The position numbers were made by a program, and so were the translations under genes. A stretch of DNA of 63,216 nt, the filler included, from Octopus bimaculoides (Eukaryota), in NCBI RefSeq assembly GCF_001194135.2. It is 7 parts of 7 records of this genome, joined end to end, with 100 filler letters (N's around TTAATTAATTAA, not from the genome) between each part and the next. Parts side by side here need not be neighbours in the genome. Positions count along the whole stretch, not along the records: positions 1 to 14,677 come from NC_069004.1; 6 more parts are not named here. One strand, 5' to 3'. This document shows positions 1 through 11,589 of the stretch, piece by piece. Numbering within the stretch: the stretch's first letter is position 1; the number at the start of each line of letters is the position of its first letter. The notes beneath the pieces are model-generated. The model was not told where the DNA came from. It ran no database searches and was given only the letters and a program-made list of their open reading frames with translations.

Positions 1-130
1 CTGTAATTCAAAGGGCAAGCATTGTCACACTATATGTCACGCCGAATCTCTACCACTTGCATGTCAGTTTTAGTAGCAAGCTGTTCTGTTGATCGGATCA
101 ACTGAGACACTCGTCGACGCAACCGACAGA
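1..130 (+). mobile_element. SINE family C, 3' portion (diverged)
   Basis: GCTGTTCTGTTGATCGGATCAACTG and its flanks match the reverse complement of the family C copies at 38859, 47802 and 56594. Confidence 0.8.
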
Positions 131-220
131 CTACTAGTTATACATATATATCAGCCATGTAACGACACACGTGCTTTCACGGACTATTCTTTTCCTTCTC
201 TCCAGACCTTTTCCTCTTCT

Positions 221-260
221 CTCTTTCTGACGAAGAGCCATGCTCGAAACGTCATACCCC
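221..260 (+). ncRNA. Minimal type I hammerhead ribozyme motif (PLE type), core intact, stem I decayed
   Basis: CTGACGA (227-233), extra A, stem II GAGC/GCTC with loop CAT, then GAAAC GTC (246-253). A related copy lies on the minus strand at about 48946-48980. Confidence 0.6.
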
Positions 261-363
261 TTCTTTTACCATCTTAAACTTTCTCTGAGCATCAGTCAAC
301 AATGATATATTCACTGTGTACATTCTTTGGACTTTTGTTGCTTTGTTTTTTATCTTTGATTTG

Positions 364-364
364 C

Positions 365-453
<89 letters not shown>

Positions 454-462
454 TATCTATCT
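364..462. repeat. (CTAT)n/(CT)n compound microsatellite
   Basis: Directly visible. Confidence 0.97.
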
Positions 463-791
463 ATGGCTTACTGCGTGATACTTTCTATAAAGGTCTTTTC
501 TCATAACCTCACTTCGACTAAATCTTTGTGAGCAAAATTTGGTGGACGGAGACTGTGAGGAAGCCCACTGACTGGGGTGTCGTTCTTGTTTTTGGGTTGG
601 TGGGAACTTAATCCGATACCTGATGTAACACCACCAGCACCATCACTGCCGCCGCCGCCGCCGCCAGACGACGACGACGACGACGTTAACCACCACCACC
701 ACCACCACCTGCCGAAACAAATACCTTATGGAGTATCTTTTTTTTAATCGAGCAGGCCTGTAATTTTTCCCTTCTGAAATTGTTTGGGAGA

Positions 792-1214
792 GGGACAAGG
801 CTTAGTCGATTACAACAAACCCAGAGCTCAATTGATACTTATTTCATCAACCCTTAAAGATTGAAAGGTAAAGTTAATCTCGGTGGAATTTCACCGTCGA
901 AATAAAGCTGGAAGAAATATCGGCACAAAGCCAGCAAGTTCGGGGTAAATCGATTACATCAAATTTCCGTGTAAGACGGGGTAAGTCGATTACATCAACC
1001 CCAGTACTCAACTAGTACTTATTTTATCGACTCCAGAAAGATGAAAGATAAAGTCGACCTCGACGGGATTTGAACTCAGAACGAAAAGACAGACGAAACG
1101 CCGCAATGTATTTTGCGCGGCGTGCTAACGATTCTGCCAGCTCGCCACCTTAGAACCAGAATATCGCTAAGCATTTTGCCCAGCACGATAACGGTTCTGC
1201 CTGCTCACCGCCTT
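792..1214 (-). mobile_element. SINE family B, composite of 2-3 partial copies with duplicated heads
   Basis: Reverse complement reads TAAGGTGGCGAGCTGGCAGAATCGTTAGCACG...TTCTGAGTTCAAATCCCGTCGAGGTCGACT (B box); homologous to 32977, 46131, 51172 and 61108. Confidence 0.85.
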
Positions 1215-1925
1215 TAGCAGATTTATAATCAAATGCATTCCATTCACGATTATCCCGACATTTTTTCAGGCATAACGTACCTTGGATAACCTTATATAAT
1301 AATTCCATTTTTTAAAAATATGGTAGAGTATATTTGAGAAAATTTAGTTGCTATTTCAAGTAAATCAGAGACCACAAGGAGTTTCCCTGCTTTGATATGA
1401 GCAGGGACTTTTAAAGATAATAAATTTTCTAATTGATATCTGTGCTGTAGCATGGCCACACTGTTTGTTAATAAGTGTATCATTTATTTAGAGACTACGA
1501 TCCAGATAAAAATTTGTTCTCTCTGTTTCAGCTACAATTGTCATCATCAGGTGTTTTATTTCTGTGTGTGCGTACACGGTAGCGAACAAAATTAGAATTT
1601 GGGACCATTTAAAATTTTTTTTATCTAAACCAAAGTTTACTAGCACTCTTATCAACTAAACCACTGACGCATTTACAGTATTGCTGTTGTTTATAACCCC
1701 AGATTAGCCTTGATTGAACAGACCTCTGATAAAAAGCCTTCCAGAAATGGCAACCCATTTGATCATGTCATCGTACTTGCTAAATATCAGATTCATCCCT
1801 CTCTATGCCCCCCACCACTTTAAATTCTAAAAATAAAATTTCAATCCTGTGTTGTCTAAATTTTTTTCATTAAAAGACAAAGAATTGTCTTTTTATTATA
1901 GGTGAAAATATTAATTAAACTTATA

Positions 1926-2210
1926 TATGCGTACCTCAACTTACGTCAGTGATTGGTTCCAAAGTATGCGACTTAATTTGAAAAGCAATGTAAAAATTTA
2001 TTAGCTTATATCTGTTTTAATAAATTGTTTGTACATATTTTCATATGAATCTTATTTGATTTTTTTTCCACTCCAGTATTGATCTTTGAGCGATTTTTTA
2101 AAAAAGACAGATAAATCGACCGAAGTTCAGGTTTTATTTCTTTAAAAAAAGGACCTAAATTAAATTAAAAAAAGACGTAACTCGAAACGACGCAAGTTGA
2201 GGTGCGCCAG
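1926..2210. mobile_element. Tc1/mariner-pogo (Tigger-like) MITE
   Basis: GCGTACCTCAACTTACGTC (1929-1947) and GACGCAAGTTGAGGTGCGC (2189-2207) are inverted repeats matching 17/19; TA outside both ends. Confidence 0.6.
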
Positions 2211-2235
2211 TATTTGGTTTCACTACATTATAGAA

Positions 2236-2528
2236 CAGTGTTTCTCAACCCTTTTTTTTTGGCCTAAGGACCCCCTTGGCTCCTGTTTCACATGGATGGA
2301 TTCCGTAACGATTTGTTGTTTAAAATGTCCTATTATATTTTACAATTAAACACTATTAGGAATTCTATTAAAAAAATTGTTAAAATATTTTGTGCATTGT
2401 AGAAGTTTAACCAATTTGTTGAACGTAAACTTTAACAACAAAATCTTATATGGAGCCCTAAGGGTCATGGAATCCCCAAGGGTCATATGGACTCCAAAGT
2501 TCATGTGAACCCCGGTTGAGAACCACCG
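2236..2528 (+). mobile_element. hAT (Buster/Charlie-type) MITE
   Basis: TIRs CAGTGTTTCTCAACC / GGTTGAGAACCACCG (13/15); degenerate 8-bp TSD TTATAGAA / CTATGGAG (5/8, all mismatches transitions); second copy at 15264. Confidence 0.8.
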
Positions 2529-4097
2529 CTATGGAGCCGCCGTTTCACACTATCCAGAGTTGCCTTCTTTTCTAAGACGCTTGGCTGTCATTAGCGGGCG
2601 ATTTGGCTGCTGTTTCTACCAGGCGGAGCAAACGCATAGAGGGCTCCTTTGTCTCATCAGAGTGTCAATTTGCAATATATGCATAGCAGTAAAGTATCGC
2701 AATGCCTCATAGATGTATGTGCATGATTAATCTAGGCGAAGGCGCGGAGTGTGCGTGGCCAATGCAATGTTTGTTTTTCTAGCATTTTCTGCCTTCGTGC
2801 TTACACTCAAGGTCGAACACAATATTTTAAAGTTTGTCGTATTTGTTGTTAAAATACGTTTGTTGAGTTATAAGGATGTGTACATAGAAATATAAGGATG
2901 TGTACATATAAGGATGTGTACATATAAATATGCATGCAGGACTATACACATGCACATATACATGTATGGATATACTTATATATATATGTATATATACATA
3001 CCCNNNNNNNNNNNNNNNNNNNNNNNNNNNNNNNNNNNNNNNNNNNNNNNNNNNNNNNNNNNNNNNNNNNNNNNNNNNNNNNNNNNNNNNNNNNNNNNNN
3101 NNNNNNNNNNNNNNNNNNNNNNNNNNNNNNNNNNNNNNNNNNNNNNNNNNNNNNNNNNNNNNNNNNNNNNNNNNNNNNNNNNNNNNNNNNNNNNNNNNNN
3201 NNNNNNNNNNNNNNNNNNNNNNNNNNNNNNNNNNNNNNNNNNNNNNNNNNNNNNNNNNNNNNNNNNNNNNNNNNNNNNNNNNNNNNNNNNNNNNNNNNNN
3301 NNNNNNNNNNNNNNNNNNNNNNNNNNNNNNNNNNNNNNNNNNNNNNNNNNNNNNNNNNNNNNNNNNNNNNNNNNNNNNNNNNNNNNNNNNNNNNNNNNNN
3401 NNNNNNNNNNNNNNNNNNNNNNNNNNNNNNNNNNNNNNNNNNNNNNNNNNNNNNNNNNNNNNNNNNNNNNNNNNNNNNNNNNNNNNNNNNNNNNNNNNNN
3501 NNNNNNNNNNNNNNNNNNNNNNNNNNNNNNNNNNNNNNNNNNNNNNNNNNNNNNNNNNNNNNNNNNNNNNNNNNNNNNNNNNNNNNNNNNNNNNNNNNNN
3601 NNNNNNNNNNNNNNNNNNNNNNNNNNNNNNNNNNNNNNNNNNNNNNNNNNNNNNNNNNNNNNNNNNNNNNNNNNNNNNNNNNNNNNNNNNNNNNNNNNNN
3701 NNNNNNNNNNNNNNNNNNNNNNNNNNNNNNNNNNNNNNNNNNNNNNNNNNNNGCAGTGTGATGTAAGTGGTGGTGGAGATGGTGGTGTCGACGACGATGG
3801 GAGATGTTGTTGGAATGGTTAATAGATGGGAACCGTGCTGAGACAGACAGACAGACACACTTCTAATACGGCAATCAGTAACAAAGGTTGGTCGTAATTA
3901 GGGTGGAGCTGGTGGGGTGGTGGTGGTAGTTAGGATGTGTTGTTATTGTTGTTGTTGGTTGTTGTAGGTGGGCATGGTGGCAGAGGGGGGTGGTAGTGGT
4001 GCTTGAAAGTTGTTGTTTAACCCCAGGTCAACACTGTGTGCATTAAGATATGTATACACACATACATACATATATACATACACCACCACTACATATA

Positions 4098-4471
4098 AAA
4101 AGCTTACGTCCCAACCATATGGTCCCGGGTTCAGTCCCACTGCGTGGTACTTTGGACAAGTGTCTTCTACTGTGGCTTCGGGTCGACCAAAGCTTTGTGA
4201 ATGGGATTGGTAGACAGGAAACTGACAGAAGCCCCAGCGTTACGAGAGTATGCGTCTTTGTGTCTGTTTGTCCCTCAGACCGCTTAACAACCGGTGTTAG
4301 TGTGTTTACGCCTCCATAACTTAACGGTTCGGCAAAAAGAGACCTATAGAATAAGTCCAAGGCTTTACAAATAAATAAGTACTGGGGCCGATACATTCGA
4401 CTAAAAGTTATTCAAGGCGGTGCTCCAGCACAGCCGCAGTCAAATGACTGAAACAAGTAAAAGATCAAAGA
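4098..4471 (+). mobile_element. SINE family A (tRNA head, CORE-like centre)
   Basis: GGTTCAGTCCCACTGCGTGG head and GCCGCAGTCAAATGACTGAAACAAGTAAAAG tail, colinear with 32218-32609. Confidence 0.9.
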
Positions 4472-4474
4472 TAT

Positions 4475-4903
4475 ATACGGCAGTACACGGTTGAGTGCGC
4501 AGTGAGAGCAAGCAGTGACCTTCACGAGGCAGTGTGCCAAGTGATATCGCAAGTTATGAGATTTGTGTTTTTGTGATCATGTGTATGCGATTTTTGCCAT
4601 GGACAGGAAGTTGGAACAAAGAGCAACGTGAAATTTTGCGTTAAACTTGAGAAATCTGTTACAGAGATATTGAGCATGCTTCGGCAAGCTGACGGAGATG
4701 AAGTAATGTTTCGAGAGGATCGTACGCAATGTTTCGAGTGATAGGGGCGTTTCAAGAACGGAAGAACGTCCCTGGAAGGCGATGGACAATCTGGAAATGA
4801 TGAACGTCACCTTGGAAATGTGGAGAAAATTCATCAGCTTGTGCATAAGGATCGTCAGAGGACAATCAACGACATTACTGATGTTGTTGGTCTGTCGTAT
4901 GGG
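4475..4903 (+). pseudogene. mariner transposase N-terminal (HTH) relic, 3'-truncated
   Basis: ATG at 4599; with one frameshift and stops reads MDRKLEQRA/NVKFCVKLEKSVTEILSMLRQADGDEVM...RTQCFE**GRFKNGRTSLEGD...VEKIHQLVHKDRQRTINDITDVVGLSYG, typical of the mariner DNA-binding region. Confidence 0.85.
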
Positions 4904-4911
4904 CAACGATG

Positions 4912-5096
4912 AATATAATGAATATGATGATGATGGTGGTGGTAGTGGTAGTGGTAGTGGTGGCAATGACGAGGGTATATAAAGCATTGTCAGTTATCTG
5001 TATGTTTATATGGATGTCATTATTCAGTTATATTTCAAGATTTCTTGCCAATACAGAAAGAACGGGCTTCTAACCTAATGGAATTTCAAAAACATC
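4912..5096 (-). repeat. Left arm of a long inverted repeat (partner 6191-6414)
   Basis: Reverse complement of 6191-6414 apart from 3 substitutions, an 18-nt deletion and microsatellite length; about 100 bp are identical. Confidence 0.95.
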
Positions 5097-5099
5097 TGG

Positions 5100-5660
5100 T
5101 TTATTTCTCCAATAATTAATAAGAGAAACACCTTTTACTCTCCAACGTAGCGCTATCCTAAACAGATTTTAAAATATACATCTACACCACGTGGAATCTC
5201 TCTAACACGATTATGGCTGAAACTAACACCACCAGAGATGAAACTAACACCACCAGAGATGAAACTAACACCACCAGAAATTAAACTAACAGCGTCACCG
5301 TCGATGAAAACAGAACTACTTCTCCAATAAGTTATTTAAGAAGACGTAAGTACACTTCTCATTTTACTTCGACTCAACAACTAAACCAAGATTTACTCCG
5401 GTGCTAAATGCTTAAAGGAGAATCTGGATAAACTGGGATTTTCAGAAAGAGAAATTGACCGGCTGATTCGTACATTACAAGTCCAATCTGTGAGTGGAAC
5501 AGTAAAAGTATGCAAGACTTTTCTCAAGTTCCAAATGTGAATTTGTCTGCGTTAACTACATCCCAAATATGGAGCCTTGTGTCTTTGTTGGAAACCAGCT
5601 CCCTCCTCAGTGGAAGATTTATAATTATTGAAAAATTGAAGAGACACACATACATACAAT
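5100..5660 (+). mobile_element. Internally deleted RLE non-LTR element (family X-like)
   Basis: ATG 5213 gives MAETNTTRDETNTTRDETNTTRN*...RRRKYTSHFTSTQQLNQDLLRC, joined to the C-terminus LKENLDKLGFSEREIDRLIRTLQVQSVSGTVKVCKTFLKFQM*, then a 3' UTR ending in ACACATACATACA. Confidence 0.65.
5218..5290 (+). repeat. 21-bp tandem repeat, about 3.5 units (TGAAACTAACACCACCAGAGA)
   Basis: Directly visible; in frame encodes ETNTTRD repeats. Confidence 0.9.
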
Positions 5661-6310
5661 ACGGTGGAAGCCATCGCCACTCATAATAAAAAGGGATTAC
5701 TGGTGAAATGTCCCGGTGAAAACCCCAATAAAATGTAAGCACAGCAGACCTGGTATAACGATTTGGGATAAAGAAGAGAAACTGTATACAGTTGTGGAAA
5801 TTAGCTGCCCAGCGGATGTTAAGATAAAGCTGAAGGTCAGTGAAAAAGAGAATACCCACACTGAACTATTGAAAAACATGCGGTTACTCTATCCAGATTA
5901 CAAGCTCAGGTTTATACCTGTAATTATTGGGGTACTGGGATGATATGTTACACACTGCCTAAATACCAATCTTGAGAAATTAGGCTTCTCAAAACCAGAA
6001 AGGAGAAATTGATTTGAAGAATACAAAACCAGTCCATCATAGGAACTGTAAAAATCTGTAAAACTTTCCAGAAGTTTATCATTTAAGTATATATGAGCAT
6101 GTCTAGACATGCAACTATATGCATGAGAATATATACATAAAACAAAACATACAAATCTATACATATACGTATATACAAAAATACCTTGTTGATGTTTTTG
6201 AAATTCCATTGAAGGGGGCCTTAGACCTAGGTTAGAAACTCATTCTTTCTGTATTGGCAAGAAATCTTGAAATATAACTGAATAATGACATCCATATAAA
6301 CATACAGATA
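5661..6310 (+). mobile_element. RLE non-LTR retrotransposon 3' end (family X, R4-like)
   Basis: KTPIKCKHSRPGITIWDKEEKLYTVVEISCPADVKIKLKVSEKENTHTELLKNMRLLYPDYKLRFIPVIIGVLG...NLEKLGFS...GTVKICKTFQKFII*, a decayed PD-(D/E)xK endonuclease, followed by 3' UTR. Confidence 0.85.
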
Positions 6311-6366
6311 ACTGACAATGCTTTATATACCCTCGTCATTGCCACCACTACCACTACCACTACCAC

Positions 6367-6402
<36 letters not shown>

Positions 6403-6414
6403 ATTCATTATATT
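6191..6414 (+). repeat. Right arm of the long inverted repeat (LINE 3' UTR plus flank)
   Basis: Partner of 4912-5096. Confidence 0.95.
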
Positions 6415-8278
6415 TGGAAAGTGACTGAAGTTTATTGACAATATGTCCCTTTGAAAAACTCTATTTTATTTTGAAAGCTGAAAATCGTTTGAGTAAGAAC
6501 AGAAACAATCTTATTGGTGCCCCTGGAGTGCCAAGTTGAGAGTTTGTAGATGATTCATTATATCAGTAAAGAACATCAGATCTTGCATCCATTCATCATT
6601 CTCCAGTTGAGGATGGGATCTTTTCTTTTCTTTAAGAAAAGTAATAATAGACTCCAACAGATTAACAAACCTACTCAAGACATAACTGGTTGACAGCCAC
6701 CTCACAATGCCATAAAAAGAGACATCACTGGGTTTATCTTCAAGCTCCAGTTCTTCAATAAAATTTCTGAACTGTCGGTGAGTCCTCCCATTTAAGCAAA
6801 TGAAATTGACAATTTCAAGGACAGATTTCATAACATCTTCCTACATGAAGCATCTGGCTGCCAGGTGTTCACGATGAATAATGCAATGAACAGGGAGAAC
6901 CTCTGGAAAGCTGAGATAACTTTTCATAAGGGCAATTAATCCTACATTTTCCCCCACCATTGCCGGTGTTCCATCTGTTGTAACACTGACGAGTTTATTC
7001 AGTGGAACATCAGCATTTGTTAACGTTCTGTGAAGCACATTTTTAATGTCAACAGCACGAGTTGCTTCTTTTAATGCAACTACAAATCCAACATCTCTTC
7101 TTTCACAGTTACATCAGAGGAAACATAACGAATAAACATTGCCAGTTGTGGGTTGTCTTGTATGTTTGTTGGTTCGTCAAGAGCTAAGCCGAATGCAAGA
7201 GCATTTTAAAAATCATTTTACATTTTGCCTGCAACATCAGCACTGATCTGAGAGATGCGCTTCCCTGTAGGTTGGCTTGAAACTGGTGTTTGTGCTATTA
7301 GTTGCTGAAGTCTTGTGTTATTTGGATCTGACACTGCAACAACTTCAGCTATATTCTTAACAAATTCTTCATCAGAATATGGGCGTTTAGTGCGAGCAAT
7401 ATTCCATGACATAACAAAACTGGCTCCAGTCGTTGTATCAACTTCCTTACTGAACGTTGCCAACAGTGTCTGCTGGTTATTTAGTGATGATTTTTAACAC
7501 AGTTAACTTGTTTTTCCTTAATTCTGTTTTAGGTGGATGATCATACGAAAAGTTTTGTGATTTGCTTCATAATGGCGCTTCAATTTACTGGCTTCGTAAG
7601 GACTGAGTGACATATGGCAGATAAGGCACAAAGGTTTATCTCTTTTAACGGTGAATGCAAAATCTTCCTCCCTCTCTGGCTTAAAATTTCTGTTTTCATC
7701 TTCATATTTTCATTTCTTATAATTTGCGGAAGCCATTTTCCTTCACAAAATTTTCACAGACACTTTTAAACAAAACTTGTATCGAAGGTCTGCACAGTTC
7801 AACGTCTTGTGTTACACTGCGTTAATGTATATGATGTGAGTGCAGTCGAGCCTAGACTCATTATGCCACCTGTGACACTCTCACTCCTCCGGCGCACCCA
7901 AACCTTTAATCTCCTTACCCACGATCTCAGTCTTCTGACATTCCTCTGTAACCATTGCTGACCGGAAATTTCTTTAATCCCCCTGCCTCCCACTATTCCT
8001 TCCCTCAGTACGAAAGAACAATGCCTCACTGAGATCTAGCATTAAAATTAGGATTTAAATTCTTAAATATTTTTACTAACCATGAACATTAAACTTACGT
8101 TTTAATCCAATGGGGGTCTCAATTCATACTCAGTAAATAATTATAAACCTTGAAATTTTTCTTACTTTTTATATTAACTGTGATGTAAAAAGGAGCTCAG
8201 CCAACAGACTTCTACGAGCCGCATATTAAAGGTCAAGGAGCCGCATGTGGTTCGCGAGCCGCGGTTTGGCCACCCCAG
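6415..8278 (-). mobile_element. hAT transposon (Buster/Charlie/SPIN group, GTF2IRD2/ZBED-like transposase), decayed and 3'-truncated
   Basis: ATG at 7736 (MASANYKK...KPLCLICHMSL...LKRHYEANH, zinc-finger-like), LVSVTTDGTPAMVG, VHCIIHREHLAA, VRWLS, DLMFFTDIMNHLQTLNLALQG; 5' terminus CTGGGGTGGCCAAACCGCGGCTCGCGA at 8278. Confidence 0.92.
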
Positions 8279-8349
8279 CTATAGTCCTAGATATCATGAT
8301 CATTTGTAGTATATGAATTAAGGATTTGCATGTATGTATGTATGTATGT

Positions 8350-8603
8350 TATCAATCAGTTTCATTTCTGTATTTCTTGTCCATAGAGAAAGAGCCGGAC
8401 TCTAACATAGATTCAAGGCTCCTTCATTGGAACTTTTATCAACATCATCTAGGTATTTGTGCATATGTGTGTGTGTGCAGTATTTGGTGTTAGTGTATGC
8501 GCAGATTTGTATGTTTGTTTTATGGATGCGTTTTTATGTCTAGATGTATGCATATGTATTTATGTGCTAAATTTTTGGAAAGTTTTACATATCTTTACAG
8601 TTA
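8350..8603 (-). mobile_element. Family X LINE 3' end, heavily 5'-truncated
   Basis: TVKICKTFQKFST* plus a 3' UTR homologous to 6045-6290; (TATG)n on both sides (8331-8348, 8603-8670). Confidence 0.75.
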
Positions 8604-8769
8604 TGTATGTATGTATGTTTGTATGTATGTATGTATGTATGTATGTATGTATGTATGTATGTATGTATGTGCGTGTGTGTATGTGCATTATAGACACAGA
8701 CACATACATATATGCATGCGTACATGCAAACATATATACATATACATACATCTACGGAACAGGTTAACA

Positions 8770-8950
8770 AAAATGAAATCACTAACAGACGAAGTTGACT
8801 GTATTGAGACTGATGGGCCAAAAGAATATTGGTGGAACTTGAAAATAAAAAGAACCACCAAATTCAAACACAACTGGTCAGGTATTGTTGTGTGGAACCA
8901 CATAGACAAAATATTTTTCTAAGTGGTCGGACATAGCTTCTTTGAACTTG
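8770..8950 (+). mobile_element. Family X RLE-domain fragment
   Basis: KEYWWNLKIKRTTKFKHNWSGIVVWNHIDK parallels ...KTPIKCKHSRPGITIWDK at about 5716. Confidence 0.6.
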
Positions 8951-8958
8951 TTTCAGCC

Positions 8959-9049
8959 TGTGTGTGTGTGTGTGTGTGTCTCTGTGTGTGGTATATGTAA
9001 AGAGACAGACAGATTGAGGGTAGGCGAAAGAGAAAGAGAAAGAGAGAGA

Positions 9050-9100
<51 letters not shown>

Positions 9101-9877
9101 NNNNNNNNNNNNNNNNNNNNNNNNNNNNNNNNNNNNNNNNNNNNNNNNNNNNNNNNNNNNNNNNNNNNNNNNNNNNNNNNNNNNNNNNNNNNNNNNNNNN
9201 NNNNNNNNNNNNNNNNNNNNNNNNNNNNNNNNNNNNNNNNNNNNNNNNNNNNNNNNNNNNNNNNNNNNNNNNNNNNNNNNNNNNNNNNNNNNNNNNNNNN
9301 NNNNNNNNNNNNNNNNNNNNNNNNNNNNNNNNNNNNNNNNNNNNNNNNNNNNNNNNNNNNNNNNNNNNNNNNNNNNNNNNNNNNNNNNNNNNNNNNNNNN
9401 NNNNNNNNNNNNNNNNNNNNNNNNNNNNNNNNNNNNNNNNNNNNNNNNNNNNNNNNNNNNNNNNNNNNNNNNNNNNNNNNNNNNNNNNNNNNNNNNNNNN
9501 NNNNNNNNNNNNNNNNNNNNNNNNNNNNNNNNNNNNNNNNNNNNNNNNNNNNNNNNNNNNNNNNNNNNNNNNNNNNNNNNNNNNNNNNNNNNNNNNNNNN
9601 NNNNNNNNNNNNNNNNNNNNNNNNNNNNNNNNNNNNNNNNNNNNNNNNNNNNNNNNNNNNNNNNNNNNNNNNNNNNNNNNNNNNNNNNNNNNNNNNNNNN
9701 NNNNNNNNNNNNNNNNNNNNNNNNNNNNNNNNNNNNNNNNNNNNNNNNNNNNNNNNNNNNNNNNNNNNNNNNNNNNNNNNNNNNNNNTGTCAAACAGTGG
9801 TAGAAACAGTGGTAGGAGGCGAACACACACACAGACACACAGACACACACACACACATACACACAGACACACACACA

Positions 9878-9909
<32 letters not shown>

Positions 9910-10054
9910 AACACACACATACACACACACTCATACACACAGACACAGACAGACACAGACAGACACAGACAGACACAGACAGACACAGACACAGACAGAC
10001 ACAGACACAGACAGACACAGACACAAACACAGACACAGACAGACAGACAGACAG
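8959..10054. repeat. (TG)n, (AG)n, (AC)n and (ACAG/ACACAG)n microsatellite block broken by gaps
   Basis: Directly visible. Confidence 0.95.
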
Positions 10055-11589
10055 NNNNNNNNNNNNNNNNNNNNNNNNNNNNNNNNNNNNNNNNNNNNNN
10101 NNNNNNNNNNNNNNNNNNNNNNNNNNNNNNNNNNNNNNNNNNNNNNNNNNNNNNNNNNNNNNNNNNNNNNNNNNNNNNNNNNNNNNNNNNNNNNNNNNNN
10201 NNNNNNNNNNNNNNNNNNNNNNNNNNNNNNNNNNNNNNNNNNNNNNNNNNNNNNNNNNNNNNNNNNNNNNNNNNNNNNNNNNNNNNNNNNNNNNNNNNNN
10301 NNNNNNNNNNNNNNNNNNNNNNNNNNNNNNNNNNNNNNNNNNNNNNNNNNNNNNNNNNNNNNNNNNNNNNNNNNNNNNNNNNNNNNNNNNNNNNNNNNNN
10401 NNNNNNNNNNNNNNNNNNNNNNNNNNNNNNNNNNNNNNNNNNNNNNNNNNNNNNNNNNNNNNNNNNNNNNNNNNNNNNNNNNNNNNNNNNNNNNNNNNNN
10501 NNNNNNNNNNNNNNNNNNNNNNNNNNNNNNNNNNNNNNNNNNNNNNNNNNNNNNNNNNNNNNNNNNNNNNNNNNNNNNNNNNNNNNNNNNNNNNNNNNNN
10601 NNNNNNNNNNNNNNNNNNNNNNNNNNNNNCTTCTGAACTTACTGGGCCTTATGTCAAAATTTGAAACCAATATTAAACTGTCCAAGAAAGATTTGAACCT
10701 GTATCCTCTGGTGTTCTTATTCAGTAAGACCGATGGCCCTCTTCACCTGTTTGGATCTCCTTAGTATATAATCTTGAAAATAATTTGGTGCATTTGTTGT
10801 TTCCCATGCCAAATGACTTCTTGATGAGGGTATCAAAGAGGCCATGAACCATTTAGGTTTTAGCAATATTGAGGAGGCCTTTCTCTATGCAAGGGCCTGG
10901 AAACTGTGCAGATATGATGGAATCAATTTAACTGAAGTGAATCTTATAACCTAGATCAAACTGTGCGCGCGGTGTAAAGCCTTTTCTCCGAGGCGTTATT
11001 GATTCAAACTTCATATGAAGCAAGTTCCTTGCAAAAGAGACTAGACTTGGTGTCGGTCGTTATTTGAAATTGCATCTACTAAATTTGTCGTCCTGCTTAA
11101 ATTGATTATGATCAGCTATTATGTGAAATCACTAGTTGACATGCGTGGCAGCATAATCGGTATTAACTCCACATCATTCAAGTTTTCTGCAAAAACTGTT
11201 AACTTTACAACTGGTTTCCTGATGGAGAGAAAGAGAATAAAAAAGAGAGTGGGAGAGAGAGATAGAGAGAGTGGAGAGGATAAAGTGATGAGAGTGAAAG
11301 AGAAAGAGCGAGACAGAAAGGGTAAAGAAACATTGGAGTTGGCAAAGCTTACAGTGTTTGGTATGTAAAACACCGAATTTAAGCACTGTGGTAGCAGAGG
11401 ATAACAGGCGTTAGTTAGACGCAAGAGGTAGAAGGTAGAAGAAGATGAAGATTAGTGCATTGATGCATACATACCTATTATCTTTTCTAAATACATAATC
11501 GACATGCAGAGTTCTGATCGAATCTAAAAATAAAAAAGGAAACAAGCAAAAAAAAAAAAAAAATGGAAAAACACACAGCTAACTTGATA

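Noticed and set aside
1524-1550. CTGATGA...GAAAC on the minus strand beside a weak PLE-thumb-like peptide (1230-1500)
   Set aside because: There is no NUH site or stem I and stem II is imperfect; too weak to call.
10780-10960. IKEAMNHLGFSN resembling the family X C-terminus
   Set aside because: The similarity is limited to LGFS, and the diagnostic PIIIGALG and GTVK motifs are absent.
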